IMG/VR virus record: IMGVR_UViG_3300008113_004357
Coordinates: 3,285-67,284 of that record
Length of the DNA stretch: 64,000 nt
Origin: a virus
Direction: 5' to 3' (one strand)
The translations under genes were made by a program, and so were the position numbers. The notes below the pieces were generated by a model, which saw only the letters and a program-made list of their open reading frames with translations, was not told where the DNA came from and did no database searches. Positions 56,401-64,000 of the stretch are shown one piece after another (position 1 is the first letter of the stretch; each line of letters opens with the position of its first letter).

Positions 56401-59400
56401 TGAATTTTGCGATTGGAAAATAAGTTTATTGGCGCTGGGGCTTATGCTGATTACAGATCCTTCAGCCCAATTTTGTGTAGTCCAGAACGCAAATTCTTTT
56501 GCACTGGTTTCCCAGTTTGTTACTGTTCCTAGATTGTTGTTAAAATCATCGAACACAAATCCCTGGTCTTCTAAATAGGCGCCGTAGCCCATTATAATGT
56601 CAACCACTTCTTGGACTGTGGCAATTCTCTTGCCGTATGGAATTTTAACGGTGTTATTGGAATTGAAATTCTTTTTTAGTTCTATTTCTCTACCACCAAT
56701 TATAGGAAGTTCTGCAAGTCTAGAATACAAACGATCATCAAATTCTGCGGTAGTAGTATGTGTAGTTTTTACTCTGTAATATAGATTATTGTATCTTACA
56801 ATCTTGCCAGCAACATAGATTTCGCCAGATTTCCATTCTAGGAAACTTTCGCTGATGCCGCCGACTTTAATTACTCTATCTGTTAGTTTAGATTTATAAA
56901 CAATGAAATAAGGATTCTGTGTGTTGTAGCCTTTTAGTTCATAACCGTTGCCAAATCTTGTAATCAACAAGCCGCTGTAAATTACTTTTCTTACAGCACT
57001 TGATGTATTAAGATTGACTGAATAATTCTCTTCGGGTACAAAAACACCGCCGGAACTTGTTGGTGTTTTGCTGTCTAATAAAATTTTAAACTTTTCTTTA
57101 TTTGTATAAGACCCTAATCTTGTTGACATTTTATTAGTCAGAGATGCTAGGTCGTATTTGTATTGAGATAATCTTGCTGTGTTTTTACTAGTGAGATACT
57201 CAACAACATAATTGAGTAAGCCCGAAGTGTATCTTCTTCCTGTTTCAATTTCGTCTGCAATAGAAGGAAACACAAGATCCTGTAATCTAATACGAAGACC
57301 AGTCTCTGAATATACCAATTGTTGAGTATTATTTTTTACTATTCTGCTTCTGTCAATGCAGCGACCAAAAACATCATTTGGTTTTAATAGCAGAAGTGTG
57401 CTAATTAGTGCAAACGGATAATAACTGCTTTTTCTCCAAGCAGCTTCGACTGGACCTTGATCTCCAAACACATAGAATGAGTCTGTTGAATTTTGGATTG
57501 TGCCTGCTACATATCCAGCATTCAACGGATCAAGCAAGAGACCGTTAGTGTCAACCGGAGCACCTTGTTCTAAAATTGATCTAGCAAATTGTTTGTTAAT
57601 TTTAGGTGGCTTGCCAGGTTCTCTAATTAATCCTTCTTTAAGATCGTCCCATAAAAATAAATTATCTTTAGTATAAGGAGCAGGACCATAAACGTCTCTC
57701 CACCAAGAAGGTTCAATGGCAAATCCCAATGATTCCCATGGAGTAAGATGAGGAGTATCTGTATCAAAATACCATTTATAGATTCCTCTCCAGTAAGCAG
57801 GGACAGGTCTACCGTCCGGTGCTACATGATCTCTATAGTTGTAAGTAAATGGATTTTCTCTGTCATAGAACAACGGACGAGAATAGTCTTCTTGAATGTT
57901 CAGTGTCCATTGATAAAAATATTTTGATAGTACTGAATTAAACTCATCTATTGTATAATCACTATCTCTACTATAACTAGGGACATAGTTGAATATATTA
58001 AACAACTCTGCGTTGTATGATATTTTTACATTGTTAAAAATTCTTTTTTCTAATTCTAAAATTAGATCATCTCTGTAATCATCAAACGCCACAGTGATAC
58101 TACCGTCGTGACCTTTAATAACTTTTGTTTTTTCAATATACGTATCATCTTCATATATTGCAGGTTCAAATAACGGATACAAACCTAATTTACTAGGTGT
58201 AGGAGGAACAAAACAACCATCAGTTGATTCGTACTCATATACCTCAATAATATCATTTTCGCTTAATTCCGTTAGAATCGTAACAAACTCAGTGTCGCCA
58301 AAAACGTAGTCAATGCCATGTATTAATTGATTATCGTTAATATAAATTCCAACAGCACGATTAGACAATGTCTTTAAATTAAATGTCTTGCTTAATGGAT
58401 ACGATTTAGTTCTAGAATCTAATACTGTGTATTCCGTACGACTTGCAGCCGTATATCCAAACATATCCGAAAGGTAGTAAGGACTAGATTTAGGTTTATT
58501 TGCAAACATATTTTGCAATATAAAATCTACGTGTCTTCTTGGCTCAGCATCAAAACCGCTGTCTGTTGCTGCGATAATAAATGCTCTCTTAAACTGTGCG
58601 TAGTCAAGACGTGCAGTATCTAACGCTTTAAGCAAGTTGGCAGACTTGTCGCCAAGGTGATATAGTGCAAGATTCATTGGACCAGTGTGCTGAACAAATC
58701 TTGTTCCGTACTCACTTAATCGTCCAGCATCTCTTAATACTGCTTTAGGGCCGTTATTAAAAAATACCAGTGGATTGTTTCCAATGATAGAATCAACGTG
58801 ATCAATTACTTCGCCTAGAGTAAAATCTTGAATGTTATTGTTTAACGGATTGTTTTCTAAATTAATTGGTAGTTTATAATAACCGTTTTGATTTTTATGT
58901 TTTTTTGTAAAACATTCTATAGTAACAACAGAATCAACTGCATCAGTTGTTAGCCTTACTAGTTTATAAACAACGTCGTCAACAATAGAAAATTTTGACG
59001 GGATCAAGCGTGTTCCGTTAACATAAACTTTAACAAATAAATCTTCTAAATTATCTTTAGTATCAAAAACATCTAATGGAAAATCATTTACTATTGAAAC
59101 TAAAGAAGTTGTGCCAGTTTCGTCAACTACTGTGTTAGTTTCATTTTTATAAACTCTTACAATTGGTTGTACATTAGTCAGTACATTTTTAATCCATCCG
59201 TTTTCAAATTTAATACTGTCTAAATTATTAATTATTTTAAGGAATCCGTTGCTAATTGGTTTAGAAATTAAACTAGACCCTAGCTTGTATTTGAATTCAG
59301 AATCAGACGCTAAATTAAAATTAAAAAGTATATCGCCTATATTATTAATGTTTTGATAAGTTAGTGCAAAACCTAACACTGAATCGGCGGTACCCGTGCC

Positions 59401-61449
59401 TGTCTTGTAGGAAAAAATCTTATTGCCGGCAAAGGTTGATCCGCTATACTTTGTAAGATCAGAAAAACTTATACCGCTTTCGTCAAATATATCAAACAAT
59501 GGGGCTTGATTTACTGCTGTCTTTTCTTGTGCAGGTTTCCAGTTTGTTCCATCAAACCAATATGTTTTAGATTGATTTTGAATTCCTAAATTTACTGTGA
59601 CTGTTTCGTATTCTATTGGTGTTGAATCTAGAGTTTCTTCTAGATAAATTTGTTTACGTGGATATTTGAACAACTCTAACTTATGTGTTCCTTCGCCTTT
59701 GGCTAGTATGTCTGCTCTTACAGAAAGATCAGGTTTAGTGTATAATTCAATAGTCACTGCATCAATGACATTTACATAATACACCTGTCTATGTGTAAGA
59801 CCGGGAACTGAGTCTAATGTAGTGTTGTTATAAACAACTCTACTTTTTACTGTAAGGCCGTGATTAGCACCAAACGTAATAGTGTTCAATGCAGGATTAA
59901 CCTGTGTTGCATCAAATAATAATTCAGAAGTTTGAGGTGTTACATCAATAAAATTAACTTTATAAATTTTATTTTTTACTAAAGAATCTGTATCTGCTGT
60001 AAACAGTACACGCATACCCTGTATTAGATCTATGCCATCTATATTATAGCCAAGGCTTCCTTCGACTGTACTGAATACGTCTTTGGTAAATGAGTCAATT
60101 ACATCGATAGGAGTTTTAGCTGCATGGCCGTAATTAAATAATTTAATACCTGGTCTAAATTCAATAATGGGCCTAGTAGCTCTAAAATTTTGATTTAAGT
60201 CAGGTTCTTCTCCTAACACTTGAGCACTGGCAATAATAACATCTTGATGGAACCAGCGATTATATCGTGACCATGGATTTTGATCAGGACTTGCTCTGTT
60301 GATAGTTATGTAGTCTGGTCTTACAGGATATGTTCCAACTTCACTAAATGGTAATTGGTCAAATGGTGTGTCATCAAATAGAATGCTTTTATCTGCTGAA
60401 AAAGTAGATCGTATTTCAAGCTCTCGTTCTGCCACTACTCTTATACCGGTACCAACACCTTCAATGTAATAAGCACCTTCGGCATATTTGCTGGGGATAA
60501 CTTCTCCACCAAATTTTACTTTCATGCCGTTACTAACACGTAATCCTTCTGCTGTGCCATTAGGAATAATATATTCTTTCTTTCCTAAAAAATCTGTGTC
60601 AAGATTAATGATTGTGTTTTCTTCAATATCTAATACTTGAAAAACTCCGCCAGTATCAATTGAGTTTTCACTAACATAGAATAACACGCTTGGAGCATCA
60701 AGCGGTACTTCAAACGTAATAATTCCTTCTTCTACTGCTATGCCAGTAACTCCTTTGACATATCTGTCATTAGAACCGCCAGATCTTGCTGACTTGATGC
60801 TAAAAGGATGCCCAGGCGCATTGATTTCAAACTTATATGTTTGACCTCTATATAATTTTAACGTTGGATTTCTTGAAAGTCCGTTAGGTGTAAAAAGATA
60901 CGCTACGTTATCTGTTTCATCAACTCCTTCAACAGTGTAGGTACTTTGAATTTCTTTATCGGCGCCAAAGATTGTAATAGTGCTAGGACCAAATGGCAAC
61001 CAATAATACTGTTGATAGTTAACAAATTTATCCCAGCAGATGTGCGGATCCCAAGAGTAAAACTCTTGACTGTTTAATCTACTGTGATTGTTTACAATGC
61101 CATCATTTGTGTCAATGTGATTTATATGGTCAATGTAATCTTTAAAGAATGTAGTATTACCTAGATAGTCTTGTATAATAGCAGATGGTTCAAATTGATA
61201 ATTTTGTCTTGCTGCATCGGCCGCTGTTACAAAAATGTCGCTGTTTTTTACAGCCTTGGCTGTTTGGCGACCTACATAGCCGTTAACTTTTGTAACCTGT
61301 CCTGGCTGAATAAGTTGATCAAGGGTTGCCTGTAAAAATTTCTTATTACTATTTGTTCTATAGTATCTAGGTAATAGATCTGAAGAATTACGTTTTTCAG
61401 AATTTGAAATTGGCAATTTTGGCTCGTTTTGATCATTAGTGAATGCCAT
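47416..61449 (-). CDS. Giant 4677-aa virion (baseplate/tail) protein
   Basis: Uninterrupted 14-kb ORF between the baseplate wedge and fibre genes; FG-GAP-like repeats, W....Y..GDIV.Y...Y modules, GSGY...P.I.I.G repeats, GDG.T..F repeats. Confidence 0.8.
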   Translation of the reverse strand: MAFTNDQNEPKLPISNSEKRNSSDLLPRYYRTNSNKKFLQATLDQLIQPGQVTKVNGYVGRQTAKAVKNSDIFVTAADAARQNYQFEPSAIIQDYLGNTTFFKDYIDHINHIDTNDGIVNNHSRLNSQEFYSWDPHICWDKFVNYQQYYWLPFGPSTITIFGADKEIQSTYTVEGVDETDNVAYLFTPNGLSRNPTLKLYRGQTYKFEINAPGHPFSIKSARSGGSNDRYVKGVTGIAVEEGIITFEVPLDAPSVLFYVSENSIDTGGVFQVLDIEENTIINLDTDFLGKKEYIIPNGTAEGLRVSNGMKVKFGGEVIPSKYAEGAYYIEGVGTGIRVVAERELEIRSTFSADKSILFDDTPFDQLPFSEVGTYPVRPDYITINRASPDQNPWSRYNRWFHQDVIIASAQVLGEEPDLNQNFRATRPIIEFRPGIKLFNYGHAAKTPIDVIDSFTKDVFSTVEGSLGYNIDGIDLIQGMRVLFTADTDSLVKNKIYKVNFIDVTPQTSELLFDATQVNPALNTITFGANHGLTVKSRVVYNNTTLDSVPGLTHRQVYYVNVIDAVTIELYTKPDLSVRADILAKGEGTHKLELFKYPRKQIYLEETLDSTPIEYETVTVNLGIQNQSKTYWFDGTNWKPAQEKTAVNQAPLFDIFDESGISFSDLTKYSGSTFAGNKIFSYKTGTGTADSVLGFALTYQNINNIGDILFNFNLASDSEFKYKLGSSLISKPISNGFLKIINNLDSIKFENGWIKNVLTNVQPIVRVYKNETNTVVDETGTTSLVSIVNDFPLDVFDTKDNLEDLFVKVYVNGTRLIPSKFSIVDDVVYKLVRLTTDAVDSVVTIECFTKKHKNQNGYYKLPINLENNPLNNNIQDFTLGEVIDHVDSIIGNNPLVFFNNGPKAVLRDAGRLSEYGTRFVQHTGPMNLALYHLGDKSANLLKALDTARLDYAQFKRAFIIAATDSGFDAEPRRHVDFILQNMFANKPKSSPYYLSDMFGYTAASRTEYTVLDSRTKSYPLSKTFNLKTLSNRAVGIYINDNQLIHGIDYVFGDTEFVTILTELSENDIIEVYEYESTDGCFVPPTPSKLGLYPLFEPAIYEDDTYIEKTKVIKGHDGSITVAFDDYRDDLILELEKRIFNNVKISYNAELFNIFNYVPSYSRDSDYTIDEFNSVLSKYFYQWTLNIQEDYSRPLFYDRENPFTYNYRDHVAPDGRPVPAYWRGIYKWYFDTDTPHLTPWESLGFAIEPSWWRDVYGPAPYTKDNLFLWDDLKEGLIREPGKPPKINKQFARSILEQGAPVDTNGLLLDPLNAGYVAGTIQNSTDSFYVFGDQGPVEAAWRKSSYYPFALISTLLLLKPNDVFGRCIDRSRIVKNNTQQLVYSETGLRIRLQDLVFPSIADEIETGRRYTSGLLNYVVEYLTSKNTARLSQYKYDLASLTNKMSTRLGSYTNKEKFKILLDSKTPTSSGGVFVPEENYSVNLNTSSAVRKVIYSGLLITRFGNGYELKGYNTQNPYFIVYKSKLTDRVIKVGGISESFLEWKSGEIYVAGKIVRYNNLYYRVKTTHTTTAEFDDRLYSRLAELPIIGGREIELKKNFNSNNTVKIPYGKRIATVQEVVDIIMGYGAYLEDQGFVFDDFNNNLGTVTNWETSAKEFAFWTTQNWAEGSVISISPSANKLIFQSQNSVVADLTDNFYNYSVLRVDGQKLDEEFIKVYRNENQFVIEPENTNYGIYGITLHLIQKEHVVVIDNKTLFNDTIYDIEAGYHQERIKVVGYVAANWTGGFEIKGFIYDEAKIQEWEPWTDYNLGDIVKYKQFYYAAKERIQGVKEFNDDTWVVLEETPTPQLLPNWDYRAEQFTDFYDLDTDNFDAGQQKVAQHLIGYQKRQYLENIIQNDVSQYKFYQGMIIEKGTQNVLNKLFDVLSAADQESLTFDEEWAFRVGEYGAVDTFDEVEFILDENKFKINPQSFELVDSIDINEKDFVYRYKPTDLYIKPLGYTNNIWPTRTTNRFLRTSGYVRSEDVKTTVKSIANVLTLNIDEFSNGDYIWAAFESRDWSVYRFSLYDLKVKTVTYENSTKQVTVTSFALPPLAVGDIIGIKGTEKLNGFHKVTAVTGNQFKFVKDVQGWQSFADSSTIVTYKIFKQRSPHITTLNSYLPEEFKPGELAWIDSNQAGNYIVYKNNPVYRKDDLVNLEPANSFNFGRCMAIDGSGNLAAVATAEYVALYQKGSNDNSWSLFDRIPDVVASTLKFSPDGRWLAVGIPTHDSDKGQVQIYYRQQSGAFEITETLVGQTAGDKFGSSLALIKATDIEYKLFVAATGYASNTGRVYEYFIITGGGWLAGATIPAPAGISTNEYFGFDIACSNSGRILAISAPGDNLNSGKVFVYEYELTYSSLVSFSGLNQERLGQSVALSGDGLTLAIGVSRTDVNGKTDVGEIRIYKYVNASFVHDPAAGIGQVLRSPREYRSEQFGTDIGFLNNDKSLYSYSVSSGIDATLFDSNSTTFDSNLTVFERTSNENKVDIFDLLDSTFIFGETITPTSDAAFVGSISGTTLTVTNVTLGRIEVGATVYGNNLQPVKIVSNGTGNGLTGTYNIAAPRTFVVGALTAKRTINITNISSYNNTLLLSFAAESDVDRVVSSINYTGSGRVYSYVKSATESSWQKHYEQIPNVDVTKIKKVYLYSTETGKLIRYLDVVDPVYGKIPGIADQEIKYKTYFDPANYSVGTDSVTVDETSNWTKSAVGALWWDLSTARFIDSQSGDVSYRTTNWNKPHPFASIDIYEWVESSILPSQWNKVSGTDKGLAQGVTGTTKYDDSVYSVKKRYDSVSQTFKETYYFWVKNKTTIPNIEGRTFTALNISQLIADPTSYGYSYIAFTGPNSFSLVNCKKYLNAKNVAVNIQYWKSDYKESNYHSEWKLLSTNRSTEIPFAIEQKWFHSLVGRDENGRPVPDISLPEKKKYGIEFRPRQGMFANRIEALKQFVERVNLVLKDKLLADDYDLSDLQKFEAQPTIVSGLWDQKIDTEEELQFVQTTLIRQAVITPVLLNGRIVSANIVNPGKNYGRLKVYKVDVNNDPISWFGPALTISGSGTGAALKSVIDAEGKIIEILIENSGEGYASGTRIVVRNFCVLVQSDSTNSDAWTIYTWDTVNRIWSKIKAQSYDVRKYWSYIDWYGSYTDPTTGIIETYNEFTKIDYLVSNTYELITTEIPTGSIVKVANIGSGGWVLFKKIAQSFFLTENNYVVVGRQQGSIQFNSTLYKFTTNTLGYDGPLYDTFSFDGNPEAELRIILNTIKNKILVDELQGEYLKLFFAGVRYALTEQLYIDWAFKTSFVKGQHNVGELKQKVTYNSDNLEFFEEYIKEVKPYRTKVREFVSNYNAIDPTRTFVSDFDLLPTVTDSYQIQNKNILVDENGIVTSQTTNLDSLDYFNSFTVKHIGFSLIEIKVLDAGSGYVTPPVIKITGTGVSTNESNQQLVTINPTAKAYISNGKINRIEITNYGGYFSKAPVIEIKGGLSPTGTPAKAIAIIGNPLIRSNQITVKFDRISGTYLLTDLIENETFSGNIVSGSKTQFPLRWSPDITYGNSYVTINGVEMLRSDYTLTTITSTTRGYTSYSGLLTFTIAPAVGSVITIEYTKNFNHLSATDRINYYYNPVTGQLGKDLDQLMQGVDYGGVTINGIDLGINYGWNAVPWGVGLWDNYNPKFTDYIVTVTQSGVTEFRLPYIPSNNQQVNTYVSRFNVSLINSITVFNSESNAVKIVTQEDHKLDLGATIIIEGVVKANPSDPDPNCNGIHIVKRLVSNKEFIIILEETPQLGIGGYVWGNKYDTPVRIDDPYYSTPLQTNADAVMLTFTGNNAFDIINVPVSVNLQLREIQTTQFAGKYGDRIIFRKQESDGSYPMDEDTYDTQLSGGSFNNGALTSATGLSPDDIVLDGDDFVSVERNGGTEELVPGQIDTSVIVKIDDQIKKIDDDYIIDYQNNKIEFTTMPPANQVISIISIGFSSSNMLDTDYFVGDGVTKEFITKAGWFVTATAIVLVNGELAEYSLFSTDDEYTDKIDQSWRSRIGIQFATPPAMGALINYIIDSGNVENNATIVRSEEIVYLTGQSTYNLSNKIGTNKPYDQNVLVKQGQSFLTPRAADYFTMTNNLLSYSLKDHKYDPSLINTNDVKVYIDEEELVQGPDFNVELDYTIFTYEVEKDSVVPSGGTGYIVGDIIDAIGGDQGIAGSPVKLEVTRINQFTGEIQEVIVVGLGVYVTPPTSPFAISGGTGSGATISANFVVRQNPPNITVILNQIRYQEGKDFSVVIDNTGDYITTTNSITFKNTYTNGTKFEIVSFYNHNILDVERTIDTLIPITQIAPGTPDFYELAGKLGGSFRLRKTAVSGDFVWVIKNGNLLINNVDYYLDKDHITIRLANYLTDADAIQIIAFTNTVVSESFGYMQFKDILNRVHYKRLNKNKATTLTRNLYQGDNTISVVDSSALDDPNPAKNIPGIIEINGERIEYFSKTGNNLGQLRRGTLGTGLPVYHESGSVVQGIGASETIPYKDTEIVKTGNPIDDPLLYTQGIIELPYIPKINEIEIFVGGRRLRKSEYTEYLNTEYPYSPEGDQTVVKEFNTTGTTRLQLTELPIKTLANNAKVELKVVVVKKQGKLWNDLGQRLAKSNNTIASFLKDTPSVWPNKYQDKY
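47420..47427 (-). promoter_or_regulatory. Late-promoter-like GATAAATA in the last codons (DKY) of the giant gene
   Basis: GAT AAA TAT TAA; same motif as at 7743. Confidence 0.5.
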
Positions 61450-63998
61450 TAGTTACTCCCTGAGCTGTTTACAGATTGTTTGCTTGCTAAAGTTGATTCG
61501 ATATTAATTTGACCTGCACTTTTAATTTTACTTGCAGTGATAGCTGATATAATTTCTATATCATCTATTGTGGCACCATTAATAAACAACTGGTCTTTTT
61601 CGCTTCTTATTTCATACAAACTACCAAAACTTAAATCGTTTTGTTTTGGTACAATGATAAAGTTTACAATGCTTGGAGCAAGTCTATTCATTACATAAGT
61701 TGATAACTCGCTGAAATAGAAATTATCCCCAAACTCCCAATTTTCTAAACTAAAGAACTCAGCTATGGCTGTAAGAACTCTAGATTTAATGTCGTTGTCG
61801 CTGATAACAATTTCTTCATTTTTTACAACTTTAAATGTAGCCTGTACATCCGAAGTAGCTTTGTTACCAAACAACACTTTATATTTTACAGGATGATATA
61901 TGATTTCATCGCTGATAGATTTAATTTTGTTTAATTCAGGGCTTAATAGATTAAACAATTCATCACTGCTAGGTGCTAAAGGTTCTACAAGTCTTGACCC
62001 ATTTATGTATTGACGATATTGAATGTCGTACTCTTTGGTTAACACATAGATGTCGATTAAATTTGTCAATCCTGGATCAATTCTTGCTTCATAATCAGCA
62101 TTATGAATATACTGGAATTTTAATCCACTTCTTCCTGCATAGACTCTATAATTTAAACTAGGTTCAAATTCACTGTTAGCATTTAATTGTGCTACAAAGT
62201 TTTCTTCAACAAAATAAAAATAGCTGCCTAATTTTTGTAAATCTCCAGAGCTTACAGATAGTTTGTTTTGACGAATTAAAATCTTATCATCGTCGTTAGA
62301 TACAAATCTATAATCTTCCTGACCTTGGGTTATTATATATTTTTCTAATACAATAAATTGTGCTTTTGTAGGAGGTGTAGTTACTACTGGCACTATTTCT
62401 TCAAACAAATTAGGATTATCAACTACACCGTCATCGTCACTGTCGCTGAATGTAATTTGAATTTTTTTAGTATCTACGTACCCATCGAGGCCTTTAAATT
62501 CTTCTGTAATTTCCCAATCTCTATCATAGGTAAAAGACATAATATCATTTGGCTGTGTGTTTATACTTAAAATTTTAATTTTATCTTTAACCACTGTGTT
62601 AGTTCTTGAATCATAAATCTTATCGCTAGAATCAAAATAGAATCTTACCTGTTGATTACTTTCAAAAATATATCTAATTAATCGTGAAGCAACTGTGTAT
62701 TGTTCACTGTCAGTGGTAAACAATAATAACCAACTTGAATCAACATTTTGATTTGTTGTGTCGCCGGCTCGGCCTAAACTGAATACGTTGATTGTGTTTA
62801 AGTTACTGCTGATAATAATTTTCCAAGAACGACTTTCTGAATCGTATCGTAGACCAAACGATTTATTTGCAAAAATTAAGTCAACCATTGAAGCTACTGT
62901 GGCGCTGTCTAATGCTGTTTTCCATGCTGGGATAATTTCTTCTAACTGCGGAGCTGTCTGCAATTCAGTTGAAGGCGAAGTTTTATTATAGGCTAAAGGA
63001 ATAATATCATTAAGGATAATAGGCCCTGATCCGTCTACTAGTTCTCCAGTGCCTCCGGCAGTACCGTCACCAGAAATTGCCACTACTTTGGTCCACAAAA
63101 TTTGTGTTGCGTTTGATCCTGTTGGGTTTCCCAGCACTAGTTTGTTATTATTTGCTTTGTCAAAATAGTAATTAGTTGGTGCTCTAAATTTTAATAACGA
63201 CCCAACTGTGATGTATTTTAGTGTGTTTGTACCTGTGGCAAATGTACCTACTTTCTGAATAGAAGTTGTAATATCATCTTTAAAATAACCAGTAACTTGA
63301 TTAGTGTCGGATGTTTTAAGGATCCACTTAATACCTAATTCAGCAGTATTTGGTCTATCAAATTTGCTGTAGTAAAAATGTTTTAAATTTATAGATCTTA
63401 AATTATCAGAGACTTGATTGTAAATTATAGCTTCAATGTCTGTTCTAGTTGCATAAGAAAATTTAAAACTATCAGAATATTCTTGTTTGTAAACAATACC
63501 GTCGTCAGCAAATAGATTTGTCTTTGAGTACTTGCCCGTAGGATCAACTAGATCAAAGTAGCGACTGATACCGCTGGCAGATCTGTTGACTGCTTTAATT
63601 TTACCAATCTGCTGACTTACGCTTAATGGACTAATATTATAGTCTTCAGCTGTGATCATTCTATTTTGTGTATAGTATGTTGCAGGTGCCCGTGCCTTGA
63701 TATTGTCATTGGTTTCTGCGGGACTTGAATTAGATATAGAACTTTGTAATCCTAAAGTCACAGTCAGTGTTTCAAACTGACCTGTGTTGCTGACATAAGG
63801 AACATCGATAGTGATATTTTTTACGTCTTTAGGATTAATAGTATAATTTAAGCCGTTGCTTATTCTGTAATAGATTCTAAATGTACCTAGCGGTAAGTTA
63901 CCAAATACACCGTCACTGAACACTAGACTAATTTTATCATTGGTTCTAGTAACTACACCGTAGATGTTTCTTATGCTTTTGTTTAAACTATTATAGAT
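61449..63998 (-). CDS. Baseplate wedge subunit (T4 gp6-like), 5'-partial
   Basis: FSDGVFGNLP, ET.D.IK.RAP..YYTQNRMITAEDY; frame open to the window end. Confidence 0.8.
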   Translation of the reverse strand: MYNSLNKSIRNIYGVVTRTNDKISLVFSDGVFGNLPLGTFRIYYRISNGLNYTINPKDVKNITIDVPYVSNTGQFETLTVTLGLQSSISNSSPAETNDNIKARAPATYYTQNRMITAEDYNISPLSVSQQIGKIKAVNRSASGISRYFDLVDPTGKYSKTNLFADDGIVYKQEYSDSFKFSYATRTDIEAIIYNQVSDNLRSINLKHFYYSKFDRPNTAELGIKWILKTSDTNQVTGYFKDDITTSIQKVGTFATGTNTLKYITVGSLLKFRAPTNYYFDKANNNKLVLGNPTGSNATQILWTKVVAISGDGTAGGTGELVDGSGPIILNDIIPLAYNKTSPSTELQTAPQLEEIIPAWKTALDSATVASMVDLIFANKSFGLRYDSESRSWKIIISSNLNTINVFSLGRAGDTTNQNVDSSWLLLFTTDSEQYTVASRLIRYIFESNQQVRFYFDSSDKIYDSRTNTVVKDKIKILSINTQPNDIMSFTYDRDWEITEEFKGLDGYVDTKKIQITFSDSDDDGVVDNPNLFEEIVPVVTTPPTKAQFIVLEKYIITQGQEDYRFVSNDDDKILIRQNKLSVSSGDLQKLGSYFYFVEENFVAQLNANSEFEPSLNYRVYAGRSGLKFQYIHNADYEARIDPGLTNLIDIYVLTKEYDIQYRQYINGSRLVEPLAPSSDELFNLLSPELNKIKSISDEIIYHPVKYKVLFGNKATSDVQATFKVVKNEEIVISDNDIKSRVLTAIAEFFSLENWEFGDNFYFSELSTYVMNRLAPSIVNFIIVPKQNDLSFGSLYEIRSEKDQLFINGATIDDIEIISAITASKIKSAGQINIESTLASKQSVNSSGSN

Positions 63999-64000
63999 AA

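Noticed and set aside
1-64000. Stop-codon reassignment, tRNAs, introns or inteins
   Set aside because: The standard code gives near-complete coding density, including a 14-kb ORF. Intergenic gaps are short and show no cloverleaf. thyX, folE and the exonuclease are of normal length with no intein or homing-endonuclease motifs.

Overview
AT-rich, gene-dense segment of a large T4-like/jumbo-type tailed bacteriophage genome, with no tRNA, rRNA, CRISPR or IS element visible. It has three blocks. (1) 1-13310, + strand: nucleotide and DNA metabolism genes (phosphoribosyltransferase, short UDP-glucose dehydrogenase, FolE, HIT, QueE, T4-type RNase H, MoxR AAA plus HEXXH/vWA pair, ThyX) and small hypotheticals, with consensus sigma70 promoters. 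(2) 13268-37681, - strand: a ~24 kb sugar-modification operon with three paralogous glycosyltransferase-like families, a 1536-aa protein of 13 degenerate ~100-aa repeats, 2 SGNH proteins, a 2OG-Fe(II) oxygenase, an amidinotransferase, a DegT aminotransferase, a UDP-glucose dehydrogenase and 5 radical SAM enzymes. (3) 37716-64000, - strand: tail-fibre and baseplate genes, including a 4677-aa protein. Most notable observations: the glycan/amidino-sugar cluster itself; an A10 slippery tract that could fuse the dehydrogenase to a start-less downstream frame by a -1 shift; promoter and RBS hairpins; and several apparent deletion or rearrangement junctions in the tail module. All functional calls come from motifs read by eye; no searches were run.
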